Source: Eledone cirrhosa
Taxonomy: Eukaryota
Assembly: GCA_964016885.1 (NCBI GenBank)
Contig: OZ024750.1
Coordinates: 44,826,001 to 44,890,000 of the forward strand
Length of the DNA stretch: 64,000 nucleotides
Direction of reading: 5' to 3'
Part shown: piece by piece, positions 41,601 to 54,700 of the stretch
Numbering within the stretch: position 1 is the stretch's first letter
Layout: the number at the start of each line of letters is the position of its first letter
Position numbers and translations under genes: made by a program
Notes under the pieces: generated by a model
Told to the model about the DNA's origin: nothing
What the model saw: the letters and a program-made list of their open reading frames with translations, nothing else
Database searches by the model: none

Positions 41601-44600
41601 AGTGGTAGTAGTGGTGTTAGTGTCAGTGGTAGTGGTGGTGATAGTGTCAGTGGTAGTGGTGGTGTTAGTGTCAGTGGTAGTGGTGGTGTTAGTGTCAGTG
41701 GTAGTGGTGGTGTTAGTGTCATGGTAGTGATGGTGTTAGTATCAATGGTAGTGGTGGTGTTAGTGTCAGTGGTAGTGGTGGTGATAGTGTCAGTGGTAGT
41801 GGTGCTGATAGTGTCAGTGGTAGTGGTGGTGTTAGTGTCAGAGGTAGTGGTGGTGTTAGTGTCAGTGGTAGTGGTGGTGTTCGTGTCAGTGGTAGTGGTG
41901 GTGTTAGTGTCAGTGGTAGTGGTGGTGTTAGTGTCAGTGGTGGTGGTGGTGTTAGTGTTATTGGTAGTGGTGGTGTTAGTGTCAGTGGGGGTGGTGGTGT
42001 TAGTGTTATTGGTAGTGGTGGTGTTAGTGTCAGTGGTAGTGGTGGTGTTAGTGTCAGTGGTGGTGGTGGTGTTAGTGTTATTGGTAGTGGTGGTGTTAGT
42101 GTCAGTGGTAGTGGTGGTGGTGTTATTGGTAGTGGTGGTGTTAGTGTTATTGGTAGTGGTGGTGTTAGTGTCAGTGGTAGTGGTGGTGTTAGTGTCAGTG
42201 GTAGTGGTGGTGGTGTTAGTGTCAGTGGTGGTGTTAGTGTCAGTGGTGGTGGTGGTGTTAGTGTCAGAGGTAGTGGTGGTGTTAGTGTCAGTGGTAGTGG
42301 TGGTGTTAGTGTCAGTGGTAGTGGTGGTGTTAGTGTCAGTGGTAGTGGTGGTGTTAGTGTCAGTGGTGGTGGTGGTGTTAGTGTCAGTGGTGGTGGTGGT
42401 GTTAGTGTCAGTGGTAGTGGTGGTGTTAGTGTCAGTGGTAGTGGTGGTGTTAGTGTCAGTGGTGGTGGTGGTGTTAGTGTCAGTGGTAGTGGTGGTGTTA
42501 GTGTCAGTGGTGGTGGTGGTGTTAGTGTCAGTGGTAGTGGTGGTGGTGTTAGTGTCAGTGGTGGTGTTAGTGTCAGTGGTAGTGGTGGTGTTAGTGTCAG
42601 TGGTAGTGGTGGTGGTGTTAGTGTCAGTGGTGGTGTTAGTGTCAGTGGTAGTGGTGGTGTTAGTGTCAGTGGTAGTGGTGGTGTTAGTGTCAGTGGTGGT
42701 GGTGGTGTTAGTGTCAGTGGTAGTGGTGGTGTTAGTGTCAGTGGTAGTGGTGGTGTTAGTGTCAGTGGTAGTGGTGGTGTTAGTGTCAGTGGTAGTGGTG
42801 GTGTTAGTGTCAGTGGTGGTGGTGGTGTTAGTGTCAGTGGTAGTGGTGGTGTTAGTGTCAGTGGTAGTGGTGGTGGTGTTAGTGTCAGTGGTGGTGTTAG
42901 TGTCAGAGGTGGTGGTGGTGTTAGTGTCAGTGGTGGTGGTGGTGTTAGTGTCAGCGGTAGTGGTGGTGTTAGTGTCAGTGGTAGTGGTGGTGTTAGTGTC
43001 AGTGGTGGTGGTGGTGTTAGTGTTATTGGTAGTGGTGGTGTTAGTGTCAGTGGTAGTGTTGGTGTTAGTGTCAGTGGTAGTGGTGGTGGTGTTATTGGTA
43101 GTGGTGGTGTTAGTGTTATTGGTAGTGGTGGTGTTAGTGTCAGAGGTAGTGGTGGTGGTGTTATTGGTAGTGGTGGTGTTAGTGTTTTTGGTGGTGGTGG
43201 TGTTAGTGTCAGTGGTAGTGGTGGTGTTAGTGTCAGTGGTAGTGGTGGTGTTAGTGTCAGTGGTGGTGTTAGTGTCAGAGGTAGTGGTGGTGTTAGTGTC
43301 AGTGGTGGTGGTGGTGTTAGTGTCAGTGGTAGTGGTGGTGTTAGTGTCAGTGATAGTGGTGGTGTTTGTGTCAGTGGTGGTGGTGGTGTTAGTGTCAGCG
43401 GTAGTGGTGGTGTTAGTGTCAGCGGTAGTGGTGGTGTTAGTGTCAGTGGTGGTGGTGGTGTTAGTGTCAGCGGTAGTGGTGGTGTTAGTGTCAGTGGTAG
43501 TGGTGGTGTTAGTGTCAGTGGTAGTGGTGGTGTTAGTGTCAGCGGTAGTGGTGGTGTTAGTGTCAGTGGTAGTGGTGGTGTTAGTATCAGTGGTGGTGGT
43601 GGTGTTAGTGTCAGTGGTAGTGGTGGTGTTAGTGTCAGTGGTAGTGGTGGTGTTAGTGTCAGTGGTAGTGGTGGTGTTAGTATCAGTGGTGGTGGTGGTG
43701 TTAGTGTCAGTGGTAGTGGTGGTGTTAGTGTCAGTGGTAGTGGTGGTGTTAGTATCAGTGGTGGTGGTGGTGTTAGTGTCAGAGGTGGTGGTGGTGGTGT
43801 TATTGGTAGTGGTGGTGTTAGTGTCAGTGGTAGTGGTGGTGTTAGTGTCAGTGGTGGTGGTGGTGTTAGTGTTATTGGTAGTGGTGGTGTTAGTGTCAGT
43901 GGTAGTGGTGGTGGTGTTATTGGTAGTGGTGGTGTTAGTGTTATTGGTAGTGGTGGTGTTAGTGTCAGTGGTAGTGGTGGTGTTAGTGTCAGTGGTAGTG
44001 GTGGTGTTAGTGTCAGTGGTAGTGGTGGTGTTAGTGTCAATGGTAGTGGTGGTGTTAGTGTCAGTGGTAGTGGTGGTGTTAGTGTCAGTGGTAGTGGTGG
44101 TGTTAGTGTCAGTGGTAGTGGTGGTGGTGTTATTGGTAGTGGTGGTGTTAGTGTCAGTGGTAGTGGTGGTGGTGTTATTGGTAGTGGTGGTGTTAGTGTC
44201 AGTGGTAGTGGTGGTGTTAGTGTCAGTGGTAGTGGTGGTGTTAGTGTCAGCGGTAGTGGTGGTGATAGTGTCAGTGGTAGTGGTGGTGTTAGTGTCAGTG
44301 GTAGTGGTGGTGTTAGTGTCAGTGGTAGTGATGGTGTTAGTGTCAGTGGTAGTGGTGGTGTTAGTGTCAGTGGTAGTGGTGGTGTTAGTGACAGTGGTGG
44401 TGTTAGTGTCAGAGGTAGTGGTGGTGTTAGTGTCAGTGGTAGTGGTGGTGTTAGTGTCAGTGGTAGTGGTGGTGTTAGTGTCAGTGGTAGTGGTGGTGTT
44501 AGTGTCAGTGGTGGTGTTAGTGTCAGAGGTAGTGGTGGTGTTAGTGTCAGTGGTGGTGGTGGTGTTAGTGTCAGCGGTAGTGGTGGTGTTAGTGTCAGTG

Positions 44601-47600
44601 GTAGTGGTGGTGTTAGTGTCAGTGGTGGTGGTGGTGTTAGTGTTATTGGTAGTGGTGGTGTTAGTGTTATTGGTAGTGGTGGTGTTAGTGTCAGTGGTAG
44701 TGGTGGTGTTAGTGTCAGTGGTAGTGGTGGTGTTAGTGTCAGTGGTAGTGATGGTGTTAGTGTCAGTGGTAGTGGTGGTGTTAGTGTCAGTGGTAGTGGT
44801 GGTGTTAGTGTCAGTGGTAGTGGTGGTGTTAGTGTCAGTGGTAGTGGTGGTGTTAGTGTCAGTGGTAGTGGCGGTGTTAGTGTCAGTGGTAGTGATGGTG
44901 TTAGTATCAGTGGTGGTGGTGGTGTTAGTGTCAGAGGTAGTGGTGGTGTTAGTGTCAGCGGTAGTGGTGGTGTCAGTGGTAGTGGTGGTGTTAGTGTCAG
45001 TGGAGGTGGTGGTGTTAGTGTCAGCGGTAGTGGTGGTGTTAGTGTCAGTGGTAGTGGTGGTGTTAGTGTCAGTGGTGGTGGTGGTGTTAGTGTTATTGGT
45101 AGTGGTGGTGTTAGTGTCAGTTGTAGTGGTGGTGTTAGTGTCAGTGGTAGTGGTGGTGTTAGTGTTATTGGTAGTGGTGGTGTTAGTGTCAGCGGTAGTG
45201 GTGGTGTTAGTGTCAGTGGTGGTGGTGGTGTTAGTGTCAGTGGTAGTGGTGGTGTTAGTGTCAGTGGTAGTGATGGTGTTAGTGTCAGCGGTAGTGGTGG
45301 TGTTAGTGTCAGAGGTAGTGGTGGTGTTAGTGTCAGTGGTAGTGGTGGTGTTAGTGTCAGAGGTAATGGTGGTGTTAGTGTCAGTGGTAGTGATGGTGTT
45401 AGTGTCAGTGGAGGTGGTGGTGTTAGTGTCAGTGATAATGGTGGTGTTAGTGTCAGTGGTAGTGGTGGTGTTAGTGTCAGTGGTAGTGGTGGTGTTAGTG
45501 TCAGTGGTAGTGGTGGTGTTAGTGTCAGTGATAGTGGTGGTGTTAGTGACAGTGGTAGTGGTGGTGTTAGTGTCAGTGGTAGTGGTGGTGTTAGTGTCAG
45601 TGATAGTGGTGGTGTTAGTGTCAGTGGTAGTGGTGGTGTTAGTGTCAGTGGTTGTGGTGGTGTTAGTGTCAGTGGTAGTGGTAGTGGTGGTGTTAGAGTC
45701 AGAGGTAGTGGTGGTGTTAGTGTCAGTGGTGTTGGTGGTGTTAGTGTCAGTGGTAGTGGTGGTGTTAGTGTCAGTGGTAGTGGTGGTGTTAGTGTCAGTG
45801 GTAGTGGAGGTGGTGGTATTGGTAGTGGTGGTGTTAGTGTCAGTGGTAGTGGTGGTGTTAGTGTCAGTGGTAGTGGTGGTGTTAGTGTCAGTGGTAGTGG
45901 TGGTGTTAGTGTCAGTGGTGGTGGTGGTGTTAGTGTCAGAGGTAGTGGTGGTGTTAGTGTCAGTGGTAGTGGTGGTGTTAGTGTCAGTGGTAGTGGTGGT
46001 GTTAGTGTCAGTGGTGGTGGTGGTGTTAGTGTCAGAGGTAGTGGTGGTGTTAGTGTCAGTGGTAGTGGTGGTGTTAGTGTCAGTGGGGGTGGTGGTGTTA
46101 GTGTCAGTGGGGGTGGTGGTGTTAGTGTCAGTGGTAGTGGTGGTGTTAGTGTCAGTGATAGTGGTGGTGTTAGTGTCAGTGGTAGTGGTGGTGTTAGTGT
46201 CAGTGGTAGTGGTGGTGTTAGTGTCAGTGGTGGTGGTGGTGTTAGTGTCAGAGGTAGTGGTGGTGTTAGTGTCAGTGGTAGTGGTGGTGTTAGTGGTGGT
46301 GTTAGTGTCAGTGGTAGTGGGGGTGTTAGTGTCAGTGGTGGTGGTGGTGTTAGTGTCAGATGTAGTGGTGGTGTTAGTGTCAGTGGTAGTGGTGGTGTTA
46401 GTGTCAGTGGTAGTGGTGGTGTTAGTGTCAGTGGTAGTGGTGTTGTTAGTGTCAGTGGTAGTGGTGGTGTTCGTGTCAGTGGTGGTGGTGGTGTTAGTGT
46501 CAGAGGTAGTGGTGGTGTTAGTGTCAGAGGTAGTGGTGGTGTTAGTGTCAGAGGTAGTGTTGGTGTTAGTGTCAGTGGTAGTGGTGGTGTTAGTGTCAGT
46601 GGTGGTGGTTGTGTAAGTGTCAGAGGTAGTGGTGGTGTTAGTGTCAGTGGTAGTGGTGGTGTTAGTGTCAGTGGTAGTGGTGGTGTTAGTGTCAGTGGTA
46701 GTGGTGTTGTTAGTGTCAGTGGTAGTGGTGGTGTTCGTGTCAGTGGTGGTGGTGGTGTTAGTGTCAGAGGTAGTGGTGGTGTTAGTGTCAGTGGTAGTGG
46801 TGGTGTTAGTGTCAGTGGTAGTGGTGGTGTTAGTGTCAGTGGTAGTGGTGGTGTTAGTGTCAGTGGTAGTGGTGGTGTTAGTGTCAGTGGGGTGGTGGTG
46901 TTAGTGTCAGTGGTAGTGATGGTGTTAGTGTCAGTGGTAGTGATGGTGTTAGTGTCAGTGGTAGTGATGGTGTTAGTGTCAGTGATTGTGGTGGTGTTAG
47001 TGTCAGTGGTAGTGGTGGTGTTAGTGTCAGTGGTGGTGGTTGTGTAAGTGTCAGAGGTAGTGGTGGTGTTAGTGTCAGTGGTAGTGGTGGTGTTAGTGTC
47101 AGTGGTAGTGGTGGTGTTAGTGTCAGTGATAGTGGTGGTGTTAGTGTCAGTGGTAGTGGTGGTGTTAGTGTCAGTGGTAGTGGTGGTGTTAGTGTCAGTG
47201 GTAGTGGTGGTGTTAGTGTCAGTGGTAGTGGTGGTGTTAGTGCCAGTGGTAGTGGTGGTGTTAGTGTCAGTGATTGTGGTGGTGTTAGTGTCAGTGGTAG
47301 TGGTGGTGTTAGTGTCAGTGGTGGTGGTGGTGTTAGTGTCAGTGGTAGTGATGGTGTTAGTGTCAGTGGTAGTGGTGGTGTTAGTGTCAGTGGTAGTGGT
47401 GGTGTTAGTGTCAGTGGTAGTGGTGGTGTTAGTGTCAGTGGTAGTGGTGGTGTTAGTGCCAGTGGTAGTGGTGGTGTTAGTGTCAGTGATTGTGGTGGTG
47501 TTAGTGTCAGTGGTAGTGGTGGTGTTAGTGTCAGTGGTGGTGGTGGTGTTAGTGTCAGTGGTAGTGATGGTGTTAGTGTCAGTGGTAGTGGTGGTGTTAG

Positions 47601-47878
47601 TGTCAGTGGTAGTGGTGGTGTTAGTGCCAGTGGTAGTGGTGGTGTTAGTGTCAGTGATAGTGGTGGTGTTAGTGTCAGTGGTAGTGGTGGTGTTAGTGTC
47701 AGTGGTAGTGGTGGTGTTAGTGTCAGTGTGGGTGGTGGTGTTAGTGTCAGTGGTAGTGGTGGTGTTAGTGTCAGTGGTAGTGGTGGTGTTAGTGTCAGTG
47801 GTGGTGGTGGTGTTAGTGTCAGTGGTAGTGTTGGTGTCAGTGTCAGTGGTAGTGGTGGTGTTAGTGTCAGTGGGGGTG
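38640..47878. repeat. ~9.2-kb 24-bp minisatellite (GTGGTGGTGTTAGTGTCAGTGGTA)
   Basis: Direct periodicity with variant units. A higher-order duplication has a period of 1654 bp. Confidence 0.97.
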
Positions 47879-48004
47879 GATTATCCATTTATTTTGAGGC
47901 ATGAAACCGTGCGGTAAGGGTAATTATAGTAATAGTAAGTACAGTAAACTTTTTAAAATTAATTTTAAAACACTTTCTCTATTTGCTAAACCTTTATTAT
48001 ATAA

Positions 48005-48080
<76 letters not shown>

Positions 48081-48714
48081 GGAAAAAATGAAACGAAATT
48101 TCATTTCCCACTCTTAGTACGGCTGTTACACTAATATAAGTATTTAACGTACATACATATATGTATACAGACGTACATTAGTATGTATATATATATACAT
48201 ACATGCACACATATATATATATGTACGTATGGATTCACCGAACATTTATTATAATGCTCGGTGTGTTTGTAAACAAACATCACGTATTAAGCTGTAGTGT
48301 CTAGCAACCATCGTTGCTCGTTTGTTCAACACTGATAAAGGAACACTGTACTCACACGATAGTTCTTTCTGTTGAGTGTGCGCCTGCATGTCTACGATTG
48401 TGGTTTAACATCTATATGTCTTTGGTGATGCTGTATAACCCTCGGTCAGTCAACTCTATGTGAGGAACTATATACCCCGAGACATTCCTCTCGTGACAAA
48501 CTCATTTTTTGGTTAGGATTCTAGGGTGGTAATTGAGGAAATTTGGTTGCTATTTATAGCAGTTCAATTTGCCACTTATTTTTATTGGTGCTGAGTGTCC
48601 CAGTTAAATCAGGATTCTGAAACCTATGGTCAAGGACCTCTATCTGAGACAACCCATCTTAATCCTGATATCGAATATTATGTTGTTGTTGACGGCGTTT
48701 GCCGTTGACATATT

Positions 48715-51700
48715 GTGATGGTATTGGTGTTGTTGTTGGTGATGGTATTGGTGTTGTTGTTGATGATGGTATTGGGGTTGTTTTTGGTGATGGTATTGGT
48801 GTTGTTGATGGTGATGGTATTGGTGTTGTTGATGTCGATGGCTTTTGCCGTTGTCATATTGGTGATGGTATTGGGGTTGTTATTGGTGATGGTATTGATG
48901 TTGTTGGTGATGGTATTGATGTTGTTGGTGATGGTATTGGGGTTGTTGTTGGTGATGGTATTGGGGTTGTTGTTGGTGATGGTATTGGTGTTGTTGTTGG
49001 TGATGGTATTGATGATGTTGTTGGTGATGGTATTGATGTTGTTGTTGGTGATGGTATTGGGATTGTTGTTGGTGATGGTATTGGGGTTGTTGGTGATGGT
49101 ATTGGGGTTGTTGTTGTTGATTGTTTTGGGGTTGTTGTTGGTGATGGTATTGATGTTGTTGTTGGTGATGGTATTGATGTTGTTGTTGGTGATGGTATTG
49201 GTGTTGTTGTTGGTGATGGTATTGGTGTTGTTGTTGGTGATGGTATTGATGATGTTGTTGGTGATGGTATTGATGTTGTTGTTGGTGATGGTATTGGGGT
49301 TGTTGTTGGTGATGGTATTGAGGTTGTTGTTGTTGATGGTATTGGTGTTGTTGTTGGTGATGGTATTGGTGTTGTTGTTGATGATGGTATTGGGGTTGTT
49401 GTTGGTGATGGTATTGGGGTTGTTGTTGGTGATGGTATTGGGGTTGTTGTTGGTGATGGTATTGGTGTTGTTGGTGATGGTATAGGGGTTGTTGTTGGTG
49501 ATGGTATTGGTGTTGTTGTTGGTGATGGTATTGAGGTTGTTGTTGGTGTTGGTATTGGGGTTGTTGTTGGTGATGGTATTGGGGTTGTTGTTCGTGGTGG
49601 TATTGGGGTTGGTGTTGGTGATGGTATAGGTGTTGTTGTTGGTGATGGTATTGGTGTTGTTGTTGGTGATGGTATTGATGTTGTTGTTGGTGATGGTATT
49701 GGTGTTGTTGTTGGTGATGGTATTGGTGTTGTTGTTGGTGATGGTATTGGTGTTGTTGTTGGTGATGGTATTGGTGTTGTTGTTGGTGATGGTATTGGGG
49801 TTGTTGTTGGTGATGGTATTGGTGTTGTTGTTGGTGATGGTATTGGGGTTGTTGTTGGTGATGGTATTGGGGTTGTTGTTGGTGATGGTATTGGTGTGGT
49901 TGTTGGTGATGGTATTGAGGTTGTTGTTGTTGATGGTATTGGTGTTGTTGTTGGTGATGGTATTGGTGTTGTTGTTGATGATGGTATTGGTGTTGTTGTT
50001 GGTGATGGTATTGGGGTTGTTGTTGGTGATGGTATTGGGGTTGTTGTTGGTGATGGTATTGATGTTGTTGGTGATGGTATTGATGTTGTTGGTGATGGTA
50101 TTGGGGTTGTTGTTGGTGATGGTATTGGGGTTGTTGTTGGTGATGGTATTGGTGTTGTTGTTGGTGATGGTATTGATGATGTTGTTGGTGATGGTATTGA
50201 TGTTGTTGTTGGTGATGGTATTGGGATTGTTGTTGGTGATGGTATTGGGGTTGTTGGTGATGGTATTGGGGTTGTTGTTGTTGATTGTTTTGGGGTTGTT
50301 GTTGGTGATGGTATTGGTGTTGTTGTTGGTGATGGTATTGATGTTGTTGTTGGTGATGGTATTGATGTTGTTGTTGGTGATGGTATTGGTGTTGTTGTTG
50401 GTGATGGTATTGGGGTTGTTGTTGGTGATGGTATTGATGATGTTGTTGGTGATGGTATTGATGTTGTTGTTGGTGATGGTATTGGGATTGTTGTTGGTGA
50501 TGGTATTGATGTTGTTGGTGATGGTATTGGTGTTGTTGTTGTTGATTGTTTTGGGGTTGTTGTTGGTGATGGTATTGGTGTTGTTGTTGGTGATGGTATT
50601 GATGATGTTGTTGGTGATGGTATTGATGTTGTTGTTGGTGATGGTATTGGGATTGTTGTTGGTGATGGTATTGATGTTGTTGGTGATGGTATTGGTGTTG
50701 TTGTTGTTGATTGTTTTGGGGTTGTTGTTGGTGATGGTATTGGTGTTGTTGTTGGTGATGGTATTGGTGTTGTTGTTGGTGATGGTATTGGTGTTGTTGT
50801 TGGTGATGGTATTGATGATGTTGTTGGTGATGGTATTGATGTTGTTGTTGGTGATGGTATTGGGATTGTTGTTGGTGATGGTATTGATGTTGTTGGTGAT
50901 GGTATTGGTGTTGTTGTTGTTGATTGTTTTGGGGTTGTTGTTGGTGATGGTATTGGTGTTGTTGTTGGTGATGGTATTGGTGTTGTTGTTGGTGATGGTA
51001 TTGGTGTTGTTGTTGGTGATGGTATTGGTGTTGTTGTTGGTGATGGTATTGATGATGTTGTTGGTGATGGTATTGGTGTTGTTGTTGTTGATTGTTTTGG
51101 GGTTGTTGTTGGTGATGGTATTGGTGTTGTTGTTGGTGATGGTATTGGTGTTGTTGTTGGTGATGGTATTGGTGTTGTTGTTGGTGATGGTATTGGTGTT
51201 GTTGTTGGTGATGGTATTGGTGTTGTTGTTGGTGATGGTATTGGGGTTGTTGTTGTTGATGGTATTGATGATGTTGTTGGTGATGGTATTGATGTTGTTG
51301 TTGGTGATGGTATTGGGATTGTTGTTGGTGATGGTATTGGGGTTGTTGTTGGTGATGGTATTGGTGTTGTTGTTGGTGATGGTATTGATGATGTTGTTGG
51401 TGATGGTATTGATGTTGTTGTTGGTGATGGTATTGGGATTGTTGTTGGTGATGGTATTGGGGTTGTTGTTGGTGATGGTATTGGTGTTGTTGTTGGTGAT
51501 GGTATTGATGTTGTTGTTGGTGATGGTATTGGGATTGTTGTTGGTGATGGTATTGGGGTTGTTGTTGGTGATGGTATTGGTGTTGTTGTTGGTGATGGTA
51601 TTGGTGTTGTTGGTGATGGTATGGGGGTTGTTGTTGGTGATGGTATTGGTGTTGTTGTTGGTGATGGTATTGGTGTTGTTGTTGGTGATGGTATTGAGGT

Positions 51701-54700
51701 TGTTGTTGGTGATGGTATTGGGGTTGTTGTTGGTGATGGTATTGGGGTTGTTGTTCGTGGTGGTATTGGGGTTGGTGTTGGTGATGGTATAGGTGTTGTT
51801 GTTGGTGATGGTATTGGGGTTGTTGTTGGTGATGGTATTGGTGTTGTTGTTGGTGATGGTATTGGGGTTGTTGTTGGTGATGGTATTGGGGTTGTTGTTG
51901 GTGATAGTATTGGGGTTGTTGTTGGTGATGGTATTGGTGTTGTTGTTGGTGATGGTATTGGTGTTGTTGTTGGTGATGGTATTGGTGTGGTTGTTGGTGA
52001 TGGTATTGAGGTTGTTGTTGTTGATGGTATTGATGTTGTTGGTGATGGTATTGGTGTTGTTGTTGTTGATTGTTTTGGGGTTGTTGTTGGTGATGGTATT
52101 GGTGTTGTTGTTGGTGATGGTATTGGTGTTGTTGTTGGTGATGGTATTGGTGTTGTTGTTGGTGATGGTATTGATGATGTTGTTGGTGATGGTATTGATG
52201 TTGTTGTTGGTGATGGTATTGGGATTGTTGTTGGTGATGGTATTGATGTTGTTGGTGATGGTATTGGTGTTGTTGTTGTTGATTGTTTTGGGGTTGTTGT
52301 TGGTGATGGTATTGGTGTTGTTGTTGGTGATGGTATTGGTGTTGTTGTTGGTGATGGTATTGGTGTTGTTGTTGGTGATGGTATTGATGATGTTGTTGGT
52401 GATGGTATTGGTGTTGTTGTTGTTGATTGTTTTGGGGTTGTTGTTGGTGATGGTATTGGTGTTGTTGTTGGTGATGGTATTGGTGTTGTTGTTGGTGATG
52501 GTATTGGTGTTGTTGTTGGTGATGGTATTGATGATGTTGTTGGTGATGGTATTGATGTTGTTGTTGGTGATGGTATTGGGATTGTTGTTGGTGATGGTAT
52601 TGATGTTGTTGGTGATGGTATTGGTGTTGTTGTTGTTGATTGTTTTGGGGTTGTTGTTGGTGATGGTATTGGTGTTGTTGTTGGTGATGGTATTGGTGTT
52701 GTTGTTGGTGATGGTATTGGTGTTGTTGTTGGTGATGGTATTGGTGTTGTTGTTGGTGATGGTATTGGGGTTGTTGTTGTTGATGGTATTGATGATGTTG
52801 TTGGTGATGGTATTGATGTTGTTGTTGGTGATGGTATTGGGATTGTTGTTGGTGATGGTATTGGGGTTGTTGTTGGTGATGGTATTGGTGTTGTTGTTGG
52901 TGATGGTATTGATGATGTTGTTGGTGATGGTATTGATGTTGTTGTTGGTGATGGTATTGGGATTGTTGTTGGTGATGGTATTGGGGTTGTTGTTGGTGAT
53001 GGTATTGGTGTTGTTGTTGGTGATGGTATTGATGATGTTGTTGGTGATGGTATTGATGTTGTTGTTGGTGATGGTATTGGGATTGTTGTTGGTGATGGTA
53101 TTGGGGTTGTTGTTGGTGATGGTATTGGTGTTGTTGTTGGTGATGGTATTGGTGTTGTTGGTGATGGTATGGGGGTTGTTGTTGGTGATGGTATTGGTGT
53201 TGTTGTTGGTGATGGTATTGGTGTTGTTGGTGATGGTATGGGGGTTGTTGTTGGTGATGGTATTGGTGTTGTTGTTGGTGATGGTATTGGTGTTGTTGGT
53301 GATGGTATGGGGGTTGTTGTTGGTGATGGTATTGGTGTTGTTGTTGGTGATGGTATTGGTGTTGTTGGTGATGGTATGGGGGTTGTTGTTGGTGATGGTA
53401 TTGGTGTTGTTGTTGGTGATGGTATTGGTGTTGTTGTTGGTGATGGTATTGAGGTTGTTGTTGGTGATGGTATTGGGGTTGTTGTTGGTGATGGTATTGG
53501 GGTTGTTGTTCGTGGTGGTATTGGGGTTGGTGTTGGTGATGGTATAGGTGTTGTTGTTGGTGATGGTATTGGGGTTGTTGTTGGTGATGGTATTGGTGTT
53601 GTTGTTGGTGATGGTATTGGGGTTGTTGTTGGTGATGGTATTGGGGTTGTTGTTGGTGATAGTATTGGGGTTGTTGTTGGTGATGGTATTGGTGTGGTTG
53701 TTGGTGATGATATTGGTGTTGTCGTTGGTGATGGTATTGGTGTTGTTGTTGGTGATGGTATTGGGGTTGTTTTTGGTGATGGTATTGGGGTTGTTGTTGG
53801 TGATGGTATTGGGGTTGTTGTTGGTGATGGTATTGGTGATGTTGTTGGTGATGGTATTGAGGTTGTTGTTGTTGATGGTATTGAGGTTGTTGTTGGTGAT
53901 GGTATTGGTGTTGTTGTTGGTGATGGTATTGGTGTTGTTGTTGGTGATGGTATTGATGTTGTTGTTGGTGATGGTATTGGTGTTGTTGTTGGTGATGGTA
54001 TTGGTGATGTTGTTGGTGATGGTATTGGGGTTGTTGTTGGTGATGGTATTGGTGTGGTTGTTGGTGATGGTATTGAGGTTGTTGTTGTTGATGGTATTGG
54101 TGTTGTTGTTGGTGATGGTATTGGTGTTGTTGTTGGTGATGGTATTGGGGTTGTTGTTGGTGATGGTATTGGGGTTGTTGTTGGTGATGGTATTGGGGTT
54201 GTTGTTGGTGATGGTATTGGGGTTGTTGTTGGTGATGGTATTGGTGTTGTTGTTGGTGATGGTATTGGTGTTGTTGTTGGTGATGGTATTGGTGTTGTTG
54301 TTGGTGATGGTATTGGGGTTGTTGTTGGTGATGGTATTGGGGTTGTTGTTGGTGATGGTATTGGTGTGGTTGTTGGTGATGCTATTGGTGTTGTTGTTGG
54401 TGATGGTATTGGTGTGGTTGTTGGTGATGTTATTGGTGTTGTTGTTGGTGATGGTATTGGGGTTGTTGTTGGTGATGGTATTGGGGTTGTTGTTGGTGAT
54501 GGTATTGGGGTTGTTGTTGGTGATGGTATTGGTGTGGTTGTTGGTGATGCTATTGGTGTTGTTGTTGGTGATGGTATTGATGTTGTTGGTGATGGTATTG
54601 GGGTTGTTGTTGGTGATTGTATTGATGTTGTTGTTGGTGATGGTATTCGTGTTGTTGTTGGTGATGGTATTGGTGTTGTTGTTGGTGATGTTATTGGTGT

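Noticed and set aside
38620-47917. Long poly-Val and TPPLPLTL ORFs (up to 1631 aa)
   Set aside because: They are translations of the 24-bp minisatellite, with frameshifts at G-runs and several frames open at once.
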